A stretch of DNA of 64,000 nt from a virus. How positions within the stretch are numbered: the stretch's first letter is position 1; the number at the start of each line of letters is the position of its first letter. Below are positions 45,372 through 53,900 of the stretch, one piece after another. The stretch lies in IMG/VR virus record IMGVR_UViG_3300045988_168112. One strand, written 5' to 3'. The notes under the pieces are model-generated. The model saw only the letters and a list, made by a program, of their open reading frames with translations. It made no database searches and had not been told where the DNA came from. The position numbers were made by a program, and so were the translations under genes.

Positions 45372-45554
45372 TTAGAAAACATAATTAATCAAATCAGAAA
45401 TCCAGGACAAGAACTGTATCATTCCGAAGAATAGGAAGGTGCAGATTATTGCACCTATTCCATACCAGAAACGTACCCACCATTCACGATACTTTGTCTT
45501 TAATACTTTCTTGCCGAAACGTCCATTAAAGAAATTTATAAGCTGCTTTTTCAT
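45372..45554 (-). CDS. Small membrane protein
   Basis: ORF track 45372..45647. An internal start at MKKQLINFF avoids an 80-nt overlap with the upstream gene. C-terminal TM segment WYGIGAIICTFLFFGMIQFL. Confidence 0.45.
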   Translation of the reverse strand: MKKQLINFFNGRFGKKVLKTKYREWWVRFWYGIGAIICTFLFFGMIQFLSWISDLINYVF

Positions 45555-45567
45555 GATATATAAGTTT

Positions 45568-45813
45568 TTAGAATTCGACAAGGAGAAGAGGTTTACAGTT
45601 TTCCCTCTCTCTGACCCACATATAATCTCTTCCGAAACCGTAATCAAAAAGAGAATTGAACGTAACCGGATAATCCATAGAAATAAACTTCATTGCTTCT
45701 CTCAGTTCTTTTTCGTCATTACATTGAACTATTTTGTTAAGCATATTGACATAAAGAGAAATTGCTACTGGTGAATGATTAACATTTAACGGGTTTTCTA
45801 CGATTGCTTTCAT
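45568..45813 (-). CDS. Hypothetical protein
   Basis: ORF track. Confidence 0.5.
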   Translation of the reverse strand: MKAIVENPLNVNHSPVAISLYVNMLNKIVQCNDEKELREAMKFISMDYPVTFNSLFDYGFGRDYMWVRERENCKPLLLVEF

Positions 45814-45855
45814 AACTGTGTATATTGTGGTAGCCCGAAGGCTACCGGATTAAAT

Positions 45856-46032
45856 TTAGAACATTATTACTATTTCACCGTTTTTATAGCCAAGACAAGA
45901 CCCCTTCTCAATGGCTTCTTCCAGTGTCTTTACTTCAAACAGCACTTTCTTTTTCTCATAATCCAAACCGTAGTAACTTACTGTTTTGTTATTGGCGTTA
46001 ATTCCGTTTTTGTGTATTTCCAAAAGTTTCAT
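45856..46032 (-). CDS. Small ORF (58 aa) below the track cut-off
   Basis: Hand translated: MKLLEIHKNGINANNKTVSYYGLDYEKKKVLFEVKTLEEAIEKGSCLGYKNGEIVIMF. It fills an otherwise empty 230-nt gap. Confidence 0.4.
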   Translation of the reverse strand: MKLLEIHKNGINANNKTVSYYGLDYEKKKVLFEVKTLEEAIEKGSCLGYKNGEIVIMF

Positions 46033-46045
46033 ATTTCTTTAATTT

Positions 46046-46270
46046 TTATTTGTTCAACATTTCGATTTGTCTTTGAAGGAGTTTAGCGCGGTTCTGCTCA
46101 TTCTCTGCAAACTCCATATTCCCGATAGACTTATAGAACTCCACATTTTCAAGTGCCTCGGCAAGTGCTTGTTGTTTCTTGGAAATCATAGAGGAGATTT
46201 CGTTGTTATTACCTCTCTTCATCATCTCTTCCATTTCCGTACCTCTCACCTTGTAAAATTCTGCTTTCAT
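46046..46270 (-). CDS. Hypothetical coiled-coil protein
   Basis: ORF track 46046..46324. The extension covers a promoter copy, so ATG 46270 (MKAEFYKV) is preferred. Confidence 0.5.
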   Translation of the reverse strand: MKAEFYKVRGTEMEEMMKRGNNNEISSMISKKQQALAEALENVEFYKSIGNMEFAENEQNRAKLLQRQIEMLNK

Positions 46271-46300
46271 AACCTTATTTCTTTTAATTTGTTTGATATT

Positions 46301-46332
46301 GTAAAGGTACACATTTATCATCAATTGGACAA
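46301..46332 (-). promoter_or_regulatory. Bacteroidota-type promoter
   Basis: Coding strand reads TTGT-N19(CCAATTGATGATAAATGTG)-TACCTTTAC followed by AATATCAAAC, 30 nt before ATG 46270. Confidence 0.55.
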
Positions 46333-46336
46333 CAAA

Positions 46337-46906
46337 TTACTTATTTTTCTTTGTTGGTTTGATAACTCTTTTGTCCTCGAATTTATCCTTTACATAGAGC
46401 AACCATACACGACGTACATTCGTATAGGTACAATTCATGATTGTACGGATTTTGTAATGTGACCAATTAGGATGTTCCAGTATCATGTTATAGATTTCCA
46501 ACGATTGCTTACCACGAGGCTTTTCTTGACGATAACTTGCTCTTTTGGTAGAAGATTTTCTCTTCTTACTTATAGTGAAAGAAATTGTACGAAGAGTATC
46601 ATCAGCTTTCAATATTGTAAGGCCATAGGATTTGGCTTTATAATTCTTCTTTGCATCATCAAAATGTGCTTCGTCGAAAGTGATTATGATTTGTTCGTTG
46701 TTACATTTAGTAGTACCATTGTAGGTTTTGATGAAGTCGTTGAGCGCTTGCTTTTGTTCAGGAGTCTGGCCTTCAAGTCCTACCTCTTTTTCTGCCTCTT
46801 CGATAAGAGCGATAAGTTCGTCTTTCTTATACTTCTTGATATTCTTGATACCAAGTTCACTTGCTCTTTTTCTCAATTGCTCGACTGTCATAACTGTTGT
46901 TTTCAT
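46337..46906 (-). CDS. DNA/RNA-binding protein with Rho_N/SAP-like N-terminal domain
   Basis: TVEQLRKRASELGIKNIKKYKKDELIALIEEAE matches the Rho-N/SAP helix-extended-helix pattern. The C-terminus is basic. Confidence 0.5.
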   Translation of the reverse strand: MKTTVMTVEQLRKRASELGIKNIKKYKKDELIALIEEAEKEVGLEGQTPEQKQALNDFIKTYNGTTKCNNEQIIITFDEAHFDDAKKNYKAKSYGLTILKADDTLRTISFTISKKRKSSTKRASYRQEKPRGKQSLEIYNMILEHPNWSHYKIRTIMNCTYTNVRRVWLLYVKDKFEDKRVIKPTKKNK

Positions 46907-46944
46907 ATTTTCTCGTTTTTAAATTGTTACTCTTTTTTGAATGC

Positions 46945-46976
46945 CTAAAGATACCAAAAGTTTATGTACCTGACAA
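46945..46976 (-). promoter_or_regulatory. Bacteroidota-type promoter
   Basis: Coding strand reads TTGT-N19(CAGGTACATAAACTTTTGG)-TATCTTTAG followed by GCATTCAAAAAAG, 38 nt before ATG 46906. Confidence 0.65.
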
Positions 46977-47012
46977 CTTTTTCTGGTAATTTGTTCGCCT
47001 TGTTGGTTAAAC

Positions 47013-47204
47013 TTATGCTAATTCAATCGCTCTTGCAGGTACACCAATCATAGTCCAGGTTTTACCATCTTTTAAATAATCTACTGAATAGTCAGCTTCA
47101 AAAGTGCAAACATTCATATCAACACTTGAAATAATACCTTCTACCTTACCATTTTTAGTAGTTACGACTACTGATTGACCTTTCTTAAATTCTGTTGCTT
47201 TCAT
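47013..47204 (-). CDS. Small beta-rich protein (SH3/KOW-like, tentative)
   Basis: ORF track. Contains FKKGQSVVVTTKNGKVEGIISSV. Confidence 0.45.
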   Translation of the reverse strand: MKATEFKKGQSVVVTTKNGKVEGIISSVDMNVCTFEADYSVDYLKDGKTWTMIGVPARAIELA

Positions 47205-47226
47205 ATCTTATATGTTTTAATTGTTA

Positions 47227-47397
47227 TTACTTATTTACTTTTCTACAAACATCTTCAACTTTAACGTGTAATACTTTCCAAGTACCTATTGCCAAATCAA
47301 GTGTTCCATTGGGATTGATTTTCTCGATAACGAATTTTTTTACTGGGTAAAAGTTATAAGTTACCATACGTCCTAATCTTGCGTTAAACTTTTTCAT
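47227..47397 (-). CDS. Small ORF (56 aa) below the track cut-off
   Basis: Hand translated: MKKFNARLGRMVTYNFYPVKKFVIEKINPNGTLDLAIGTWKVLHVKVEDVCRKVNK. It starts 46 nt after a promoter. Confidence 0.4.
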   Translation of the reverse strand: MKKFNARLGRMVTYNFYPVKKFVIEKINPNGTLDLAIGTWKVLHVKVEDVCRKVNK

Positions 47398-47443
47398 TGT
47401 CTTTATCTTTAATCGTTCGACTTATTATCTCCTTTTTGGATAC

Positions 47444-47475
47444 CTAAAGATACACCTTTGTGACACGTGTAGCAA
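47444..47475 (-). promoter_or_regulatory. Bacteroidota-type promoter
   Basis: Coding strand reads TTGC-N19(TACACGTGTCACAAAGGTG)-TATCTTTAG followed by GTATCCAAAAAGG. Confidence 0.65.
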
Positions 47476-47491
47476 CACATTCACCAATAAA

Positions 47492-47528
47492 GTGGTCGAA
47501 ATTAAGATTCTTTAAAGTTCGACCACAG
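47492..47528 (-). terminator. Hairpin GTGGTCGAA-N19-TTCGACCAC (terminator or regulatory)
   Basis: 9-bp perfect stem followed by TTTATT on the minus strand. Lies between the endolysin operon and the next promoter. Confidence 0.4.
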
Positions 47529-47568
47529 GTCTAAACATATTTTAATATATGAGATATAAGAATATAAA

Positions 47569-47613
47569 GAATGCTCGTCAAACTTGTAATTAAACAAGAA
47601 ATAACGAGCATTC
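47569..47613 (-). terminator. Hairpin terminator after the endolysin gene
   Basis: Minus strand reads GAATGCTCG-27 nt-CGAGCATTC followed by TTTATATTCTTAT, 25 nt after the stop at 47638. Confidence 0.45.
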
Positions 47614-47637
47614 TAACTTGGCAAACAAAAGTTCAAT

Positions 47638-48105
47638 TTATACCCTGAAAAGAGTTATCTTCTTACCATTACCCATATCGTAAGTATCAACATGTAACCA
47701 ACTCACTCCATCCTCGAGTCTTATAGGATAAGGAAGGTTATCCTGATTCTTTATAATGAGCTGACGTGCCTTTTCAGCACTCATGCCTTGTACAGTGATA
47801 TCATATGCCTCGCCTGTGCAGTGTCCGGAAATATAGACCTTTTCAAGATTAGTTTTTTCTTTAGGAATTGCACAAATGTTACATCTAAGGCCACGTTGTG
47901 AATAACTACCACCACTCTTCCAATTGTTGATGATAAAAGGCTTCTGGATAATATATTCACGTAGCACCAACAATGTCTCAAGTGCTGCCATAGAGAAGAA
48001 ACTCCACATCTGTTCCTCTCTGTATTTATTGTATACATGCGGACAAACAAGTTCTTCAATTTTGAAGTATTGTTTTAGTTTCTTGATTAATTCATCTCTT
48101 TTCAT
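47638..48105 (-). CDS. Endolysin, peptidase M15 (VanY/L-Ala-D-Glu peptidase-like)
   Basis: Zinc-ligand pattern SGHCTGEAYDI (S-x-H-x-x-G-x-A-x-D) and a distal WLHVD. Confidence 0.7.
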   Translation of the reverse strand: MKRDELIKKLKQYFKIEELVCPHVYNKYREEQMWSFFSMAALETLLVLREYIIQKPFIINNWKSGGSYSQRGLRCNICAIPKEKTNLEKVYISGHCTGEAYDITVQGMSAEKARQLIIKNQDNLPYPIRLEDGVSWLHVDTYDMGNGKKITLFRV

Positions 48106-48353
48106 AATTCTTCATCTTTAGTCCATTCATTACTATTCATAATTTCATTCTCATCCATCAAAGGATAAGGATAAACGACGTCTTCCACAACTTCTTCACT
48201 TTCCGAAATCGTCATAACCGGAGGTACAAGTATGTTATACGTCTCTTCATGCAGCAGTGCTTTTGTGCCGTCATTGTTCGTTCTCCTTGTCTTCCAGTCC
48301 TTATCGAACTGTTTCAGTTCTTCTATAGGTATAGCTAACCACTTCATAATCAA
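48102..48353 (-). CDS. Hypothetical protein
   Basis: ORF track. 4-nt overlaps on both sides. Confidence 0.55.
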   Translation of the reverse strand: MIMKWLAIPIEELKQFDKDWKTRRTNNDGTKALLHEETYNILVPPVMTISESEEVVEDVVYPYPLMDENEIMNSNEWTKDEEL

Positions 48354-49000
48354 TCATATTTTAGTTTATAGTCATTAATTACTTTCTCAATCTGCAAAGG
48401 TGTAAGTTCGTCATAGAAGCCGATAAGCTTGTAGAGAGCCATGTTTGAGAAATATCCGGCCAATCCTATATCACTTCCAAGAACCACCTTTTGCGGCTTT
48501 AAATCTGTACCGTTCACTATCGTGATAATTTGATGTTTCAAATAGACCTCTTTTCCATTCATAGTGGTATTCAACTTTCCGTTTATATAAGTCACCCCAC
48601 CCCAGTTATAAGCATTATATGCTATATGATTTAATGAAATACTTATTCCAAAACTTGTCTGACTTACTCTTTGGTCATATAGGAATCCACTTTTATCGGT
48701 AGTTAAAGATGGTATTACTTCCATAAACAACGTCTTGAATCCTTTCGTAACATTCTGCATTATCGCATAATCATCTATACTATCAAAGACAAAAGCACCG
48801 TCTGACCTGTAGCCGCTACTCTCTGTATACGCTGCATTGAATATCTCTGCATCATGTCCATTACCCGACAAATCGTCTATGATGTTACGGGTAGGAGAAG
48901 AATTGTCCTTAAGTGATAAGTCGTAATAGACGTCCGGTTCCGGTATCGTGACCTTGCCAGACCTCCTGCCAAACAAAAGACTTGTACCAATACCAATCAT
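48350..49000 (-). CDS. LamG / concanavalin-A-like lectin domain protein
   Basis: DDLSGNGHDAEIFNAAYTESSGYRSDGAFVFDSIDDYAIM is the characteristic Laminin_G_3 opening. Confidence 0.55.
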   Translation of the reverse strand: MIGIGTSLLFGRRSGKVTIPEPDVYYDLSLKDNSSPTRNIIDDLSGNGHDAEIFNAAYTESSGYRSDGAFVFDSIDDYAIMQNVTKGFKTLFMEVIPSLTTDKSGFLYDQRVSQTSFGISISLNHIAYNAYNWGGVTYINGKLNTTMNGKEVYLKHQIITIVNGTDLKPQKVVLGSDIGLAGYFSNMALYKLIGFYDELTPLQIEKVINDYKLKYD

Positions 49001-49320
49001 AACCCTATATTAAATTGTGCAGTAGTACCAGTAACAAACACCTTATCAATAAGATAAGGCATAGGAGAACCAATATAAGCAGACACTTCCACCTCACTAA
49101 TAGTATAAGTCTCAATAGAAGGTGCTCCACAGAGGTGTACTTTGATAGTTCCAGCAGTCAATGGAATGACCAAGAAATTCTTATCACTATCGTGCTCCAC
49201 AGAGGTGTACTTTGATAAATCAAAATCCTCAGCAACCTGGCCAACTTCAAATGCTCTACTTATTGCAGTAATGCTTACTTGTCCTTCACCATTACTAATT
49301 CTAATTTTATTAGGATACAT
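48997..49320 (-). CDS. Hypothetical protein carrying a 26-nt direct repeat read in two frames
   Basis: ORF track. The repeat occupies 49122-49147 and 49192-49217. Confidence 0.55.
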   Translation of the reverse strand: MYPNKIRISNGEGQVSITAISRAFEVGQVAEDFDLSKYTSVEHDSDKNFLVIPLTAGTIKVHLCGAPSIETYTISEVEVSAYIGSPMPYLIDKVFVTGTTAQFNIGL

Positions 49321-49342
49321 AACTTTATAAATTGTTTTAAAT

Positions 49343-49389
49343 TAAAAAGGAGGAGGAACTTCATCGTCACCGAATTCATTCCTCCTCCT
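49343..49389 (-). terminator. Strong intrinsic terminator
   Basis: Minus strand reads AGGAGGAGGAA-20 nt-TTCCTCCTCCT followed by TTTTTAATTT. Confidence 0.65.
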
Positions 49390-49466
49390 AACCTTTAAAT
49401 ATGTCAAACTTGAAAGAAAATTTCCAATCGTAAAAGTACAAGATTAATTCATATTAACCAACCTTT

Positions 49467-49697
49467 TCAAAGATTTTCAAATCTTTTTTGATTGTGTATG
49501 ATTTCTTTATTGAGCTCATCTTGTATAAGTTCAATTACTTTTCTGGTCAATTCTTTATCTATATAGATATTCATTGTGTTAGATGCAATACGAATACGTT
49601 CATCTTCTTTCATCTTTTCCAACTCCTGTAGAGTTTGTCTATATCTATCGATATTCTTCTTTAGGAAGATTGCTGTTTGGAATACATCTTCTTTCAT
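49467..49697 (-). CDS. Hypothetical coiled-coil protein
   Basis: ORF track. Confidence 0.55.
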   Translation of the reverse strand: MKEDVFQTAIFLKKNIDRYRQTLQELEKMKEDERIRIASNTMNIYIDKELTRKVIELIQDELNKEIIHNQKRFENL

Positions 49698-49698
49698 A

Positions 49699-50181
49699 TT
49701 ATTCTACAATTTCCGCATCACTTTCCGGCTCGTATTCTTTCTTCTCTTCTTCAATAGGAGCTTTCTTCCACTGGTCGATAAAGTGTTCGATTACGCGTCT
49801 TCCATCCTTCACAACCTTTTCCAGTTTTTCGTCCGGTTCCAACAGTTCATCTGCCATTGCTGCGGCTATATGCTTTGCCTTCATTACCTCTTCTACAAGG
49901 TTGCTTTCTATCAATTCACCCAAACTTTTCTTTGTCAGTAGGTTGAAGGTTAATCCTTCAATGATTTGCTTTCTTTTTGACATTGCATTGAGCATAGCAT
50001 TCATACGTGGAGCGAACTGTTCCGGCTTCATGTTCTCGAAGCTCTTATCGTCGAACCCTTCCAGCTTTTCGCCTGCCATGAATGCCACTTCATATTCTTT
50101 TGGTGTCATTACTACACCTGCCTGTAGGCACTCTGTACAGAATAGAATAAACTTCACGTTGTTTCTTAGGTCTTTTTCCAT
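49699..50181 (-). CDS. Hypothetical protein
   Basis: ORF track. 160 aa. Confidence 0.6.
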   Translation of the reverse strand: MEKDLRNNVKFILFCTECLQAGVVMTPKEYEVAFMAGEKLEGFDDKSFENMKPEQFAPRMNAMLNAMSKRKQIIEGLTFNLLTKKSLGELIESNLVEEVMKAKHIAAAMADELLEPDEKLEKVVKDGRRVIEHFIDQWKKAPIEEEKKEYEPESDAEIVE

Positions 50182-50196
50182 AATCTTTCTTTATAT

Positions 50197-50439
50197 TTAG
50201 TCAATACATTCTTCAATTGGTATATCGTTTATTGTCACCATCTCCCAATCTCCATCCATCATCTCATAGATACAATTGATTGTCTTATGGTCTGCAATGA
50301 TTTCTTCATCAACACCTTTCTTTCTCCAGGTATTACTTTCTACCATTGCAGACCATTTTGTCCCTTCTTGGAACATCAATTTATTAGGGAGTTGTTTATA
50401 TGTTGATTCTATGAGTTGACTTAACGTCTCTTCTGTCAT
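50197..50439 (-). CDS. Hypothetical protein
   Basis: ORF track. Confidence 0.55.
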   Translation of the reverse strand: MTEETLSQLIESTYKQLPNKLMFQEGTKWSAMVESNTWRKKGVDEEIIADHKTINCIYEMMDGDWEMVTINDIPIEECID

Positions 50440-50446
50440 AGGTCAA

Positions 50447-50875
50447 TCAATACTTCTCAAGATAAGTGTTGCCTTTATGGTCCTTCCAGACGAGACATAT
50501 CTCACCTTCTTTATCGATATTCACACTTTCGAATGTGATAGGATAACCATGATTCTCACCATCCTTTGTGACATAATGTGAAATCTTATAAGTGACTTCT
50601 TCATCCTTATCATACTTCTGGTAGAGTGAAGTGAATTCATCATAGGTGAACATCGTTGCTTCATGGTCTTTTTCAGTAGGAAATGATATCATGTAACGTA
50701 CAAGTTTACCATCTTTCACCTCTGTACTGACTATTGAATCAATCTTGAGTTCATCAATGACATCAATCACTTCGGCACAACGAAGCCTCCAGTCGTCAGG
50801 ATACTTCTTCTTGCAACTAAGGAGGTCTAATTCATTACCCTTCAATAGCTCTACAAATTCTTTTTCTCTTTTCAT
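50447..50875 (-). CDS. Hypothetical protein
   Basis: ORF track. Confidence 0.6.
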   Translation of the reverse strand: MKREKEFVELLKGNELDLLSCKKKYPDDWRLRCAEVIDVIDELKIDSIVSTEVKDGKLVRYMISFPTEKDHEATMFTYDEFTSLYQKYDKDEEVTYKISHYVTKDGENHGYPITFESVNIDKEGEICLVWKDHKGNTYLEKY

Positions 50876-50981
50876 GTTTTTAATTGTTTAATTATTGTTT
50901 ATAATTGTAAGATGAGTAATACTATAACAAATGTATAACATGGATTAATAATAGGGTTTAACGTACTTCTCATCTCACTGT

Positions 50982-50990
50982 GTAAAGATA
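50982..50990 (-). promoter_or_regulatory. Candidate -7 box (TATCTTTAC), no clear -33
   Basis: Coding strand reads GAGAAGTAGTATCTTTACACAG, 107 nt before ATG 50875. Confidence 0.3.
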
Positions 50991-51001
50991 CTACTTCTCG
51001 T

Positions 51002-51322
51002 TCATCTTTTGTACCTGTCAAGTACTCTTTCAAGTAATGTTTTGGCACTCTCAATATCCTTTTTGTCTCTTGTAGTCAATTCGTCACTTATAGTAAGTAT
51101 ACTATCAACAATCTTGAGTATTGTAGGGATACTTGATTTGAGCTTCGTCTGACCAGCTCTCGTCGTGTAGCTTATATTAAACTTATCCTTCTCCTTCTTG
51201 AGTGCTGATTGTGCTTCTCCATATGTAGCAAAGTAGCCTACATTATAGGTCTTGCCATGATGATAGAAAGTCACTCTCCATGGCTTCTTCAAGTTCCCTT
51301 TTGTGTAGTATATATTCTTCAT
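51002..51322 (-). CDS. AP2-like DNA-binding domain protein
   Basis: KPWRVTFYHHGKTYNVGYFATYGEAQSALKK follows the AP2/integrase-type pattern W-x-[AV]-x-I...GK...lG-x-F-x-T-x-EEA. Confidence 0.55.
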   Translation of the reverse strand: MKNIYYTKGNLKKPWRVTFYHHGKTYNVGYFATYGEAQSALKKEKDKFNISYTTRAGQTKLKSSIPTILKIVDSILTISDELTTRDKKDIESAKTLLERVLDRYKR

Positions 51323-51326
51323 AGTC

Positions 51327-51575
51327 TCAATATATCTCGTCTACTTCAACATCAATTAGAGATTCTATTCTATACACAAGTCCATTGTCAATTATCTTCT
51401 CAAACTTGATACCTGCTGCCTCAAGCTCCTCAGCTATTGCATTCCTGTACATCCATCTTGGTCTTAGGTAGATGTATTCATCATCTTTTTCAAGTGACAG
51501 GAGTATCTTGGTGGGAGAGTATTCTTGTTCCCGAATAATCTCCCTGATTCTCTTCATTGTGAGCTTCTTTGTCAT
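51327..51575 (-). CDS. Hypothetical protein
   Basis: ORF track. Confidence 0.55.
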   Translation of the reverse strand: MTKKLTMKRIREIIREQEYSPTKILLSLEKDDEYIYLRPRWMYRNAIAEELEAAGIKFEKIIDNGLVYRIESLIDVEVDEIY

Positions 51576-51901
51576 AATGTCTTGATGAACGTCATTACCT
51601 TCTTTAATTGTTCATACGACAGGTCGTCCATATTGTCAATGATACATTCGTAAAGTATCTCTCGTTCACTATCTTCATAGAACCTTGTTCCAATCTCGTC
51701 ACCATCGCCATTCTTTGCGTAGAGCACTTCACATTCGTCCATGTAGAACTCTTTGTTACTCTTGTCTATAAACGAAATGAAACCTAATGTCGCTGTCTCG
51801 TCACATGTACCAGTACATGTTAATGTTACTACTTCGTCCTCGTTGAACAATAAGAACTTTACTTGGTCTCCTACACTCAATGGTCTAAATACTTCGTTCA
51901 T
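51572..51901 (-). CDS. Hypothetical protein
   Basis: ORF track. Confidence 0.55.
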   Translation of the reverse strand: MNEVFRPLSVGDQVKFLLFNEDEVVTLTCTGTCDETATLGFISFIDKSNKEFYMDECEVLYAKNGDGDEIGTRFYEDSEREILYECIIDNMDDLSYEQLKKVMTFIKTL

Positions 51902-51968
51902 AATCTTTTTTGTTTTAAATTGTTACACATGTCTCTTCTTTTGATATTGTAAAGATACACCTTATTCT

Positions 51969-52000
51969 TCGACCACACAACAAGTCGACCATAAAATGTT
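51969..52000 (-). promoter_or_regulatory. Bacteroidota-type promoter
   Basis: Coding strand reads TTGT-N19(GTGGTCGAAGAATAAGGTG)-TATCTTTAC followed by AATATCAAAAGAAG. Confidence 0.65.
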
Positions 52001-52140
52001 GTCCAAATTGTGTACTTTTTCTTCATGTCCTTCCATTCTTATTTATAGAATCCTATGATTAGCAATTAGTCGATACACTGGTTAGATGTCAATCTCGCTG
52101 CACAAAACACCTTATTTTGTTCATCTTATTCCATTTCCAT

Positions 52141-52183
52141 AAAAATAGAAAGGCCTTAGCAATCATCGCGACTCCTAAGGCCT
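52141..52183 (-). terminator. Intrinsic terminator after the 373-aa gene
   Basis: Minus strand reads AGGCCTTAG-15 nt-CTAAGGCCT followed by TTCTATTTTTAT. Confidence 0.6.
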
Positions 52184-52222
52184 ATAATTACGAGAAAATT
52201 TCACTAATTATGAACAACGAAG

Positions 52223-53344
52223 TCAGTGTGCATTATTGTTCTTCATCTGTCTTAGACGCTGTCTTATCAGGTCTTTCTTGCTTGTTCCTTCTTCCTCTTG
52301 AATTATCTCTGCCTCAGTGTATTCGATAGGTTTCATTTCGTTTAGGAATTGTTCATTCTTCTTTTCCAAGTCGTTCCAATCGTATTGTTTTATAAGGTCT
52401 CCAGGTAGCATTATCTTCTCTTGTCCAAGGATATTCTTATTGAATCCGTTGAAGTCTTTGTACCAGGAGCTTGCGAGTTGGTTTATCATTATCTCAGGTC
52501 TTATTCCTGACTTGGCACTTACGAGTCCAATGATTATACTGTTTATAGGTATATCACGCATTACTCTACTTATGTTCTCTCCTCCATGTATTGTTGCATT
52601 TATATCTATTTTTCCGTCAACTGTGAGTTTGAGTTCATTCCCTTTTACTTCCTTTCTTGCTTGTTCCAGGATTGCTCTTATTTCTCGTGATATAATCAAT
52701 GCTTTTGTCTCTTGACCTCTATCGATATGGTCTTCGTATTTGAGTTGTAGGTCCGTGAGTATATCATTAAGGATTTCTAATCGTCCCGCTTCTGTTGCTA
52801 CACGATATTTATCACTCTTTACTACGTATTTATTTTGTCTATTTTCAATTATTGACTTATTTTCATTATAGAATTTTGTCAACTCTCCTTCTTCTAAATC
52901 ATATCCTTCTCTCTTCTTGATTGTCTTCTTGACATCCTTTATTGAATACATAGAACCAAATAGGTCAAGAAGCATCGGTGTCAACTTTGCAAGCGCCTTA
53001 CTTCTATCATTATAAAGGTCAAATGTATGCATATATTTTGACCGTGCTCTATTGTATTGAGCAAGTAGTGGTACAATGACTTTTGCACGAATTTCAAGTG
53101 CATCTTTGATATCTTCTTCTTTTGCACCACGATTTTTCATTACTCCCTTGAGATTCACGTATTTAAGGTCGATTGAATGCAACACACCGTTGTGACCTTC
53201 ATATGTGACAAATCTATCAGGACATTCGTCTAATTTGATACGAATTCTTTCATATTCCACATAAGCATCTTGCATATGTTTAGAGGCTATCTGAACAAAG
53301 TCAGGAGCCTCTTTAATTATATCTTCTCTACTTACCTGTGTCAT
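52223..53344 (-). CDS. Hypothetical protein (373 aa)
   Basis: ORF track. It has its own -7 box and terminator. No motif recognised. Confidence 0.6.
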   Translation of the reverse strand: MTQVSREDIIKEAPDFVQIASKHMQDAYVEYERIRIKLDECPDRFVTYEGHNGVLHSIDLKYVNLKGVMKNRGAKEEDIKDALEIRAKVIVPLLAQYNRARSKYMHTFDLYNDRSKALAKLTPMLLDLFGSMYSIKDVKKTIKKREGYDLEEGELTKFYNENKSIIENRQNKYVVKSDKYRVATEAGRLEILNDILTDLQLKYEDHIDRGQETKALIISREIRAILEQARKEVKGNELKLTVDGKIDINATIHGGENISRVMRDIPINSIIIGLVSAKSGIRPEIMINQLASSWYKDFNGFNKNILGQEKIMLPGDLIKQYDWNDLEKKNEQFLNEMKPIEYTEAEIIQEEEGTSKKDLIRQRLRQMKNNNAH

Positions 53345-53371
53345 TTCTTATGTTACTTATTGTAATTATCG

Positions 53372-53380
53372 GTAAAGATA
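53372..53380 (-). promoter_or_regulatory. Candidate -7 box (TATCTTTAC)
   Basis: Coding strand reads TTTATATATCTTTACCG, 28 nt before ATG 53344. The -33 is unclear. Confidence 0.4.
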
Positions 53381-53540
53381 TATAAAACATCCTTTCTATG
53401 CTATGGGTTTTGTGATTCAATACCAAACATCATTCATTAATTGTGTCTCTTCAACGATTTCTTCATTATCTTCTTGAGACATTACAAATTGTTCGAATGT
53501 GAGGTCTTCATCTTCTTGTTCTAATAAGTAGTACATAGGT

Positions 53541-53888
53541 TTACGAATTTTGTTTGTTATAATACTTTTCAATTTCTTTTTTCATTATATCAATCTCCCA
53601 AGGATTGATTAAAAGTTCCATTTTCAACACTTTTGCTTGATTCAAATAATCTCTCTTATTGTTGTACTTTATGTTTTGTATTGAATGTACATCAAGCTCT
53701 ACATAGTAAAGATTTTCTTTACCAATCACAATTGGTTCGAAATTCACACTATAGCAACTTACGTTATGATAATTCTCATTTTCGTCTTTATAGGTGAGTA
53801 CGAAATTACATATGAAACCATCATTATTATCATTGTATATTTTTGTCACTCTCTTTTGATAGAGGTGTGCGAGTAATTTTTGTACCAT
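53541..53888 (-). CDS. Hypothetical protein
   Basis: ORF track. Confidence 0.55.
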   Translation of the reverse strand: MVQKLLAHLYQKRVTKIYNDNNDGFICNFVLTYKDENENYHNVSCYSVNFEPIVIGKENLYYVELDVHSIQNIKYNNKRDYLNQAKVLKMELLINPWEIDIMKKEIEKYYNKQNS

Positions 53889-53900
53889 TTTTCTTTTTAT

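Noticed and set aside
51918-52046. 42-aa ORF (MKKKYTIWTTFYGRLVVWSKNKVYLYNIKRR...) spanning the 51969 promoter
   Set aside because: Its conserved-looking VYLYNIK peptide is simply the promoter motif GTGTATCTTTACAATATCAAA translated. The same string appears in the spurious extension of ORF 46046..46324.
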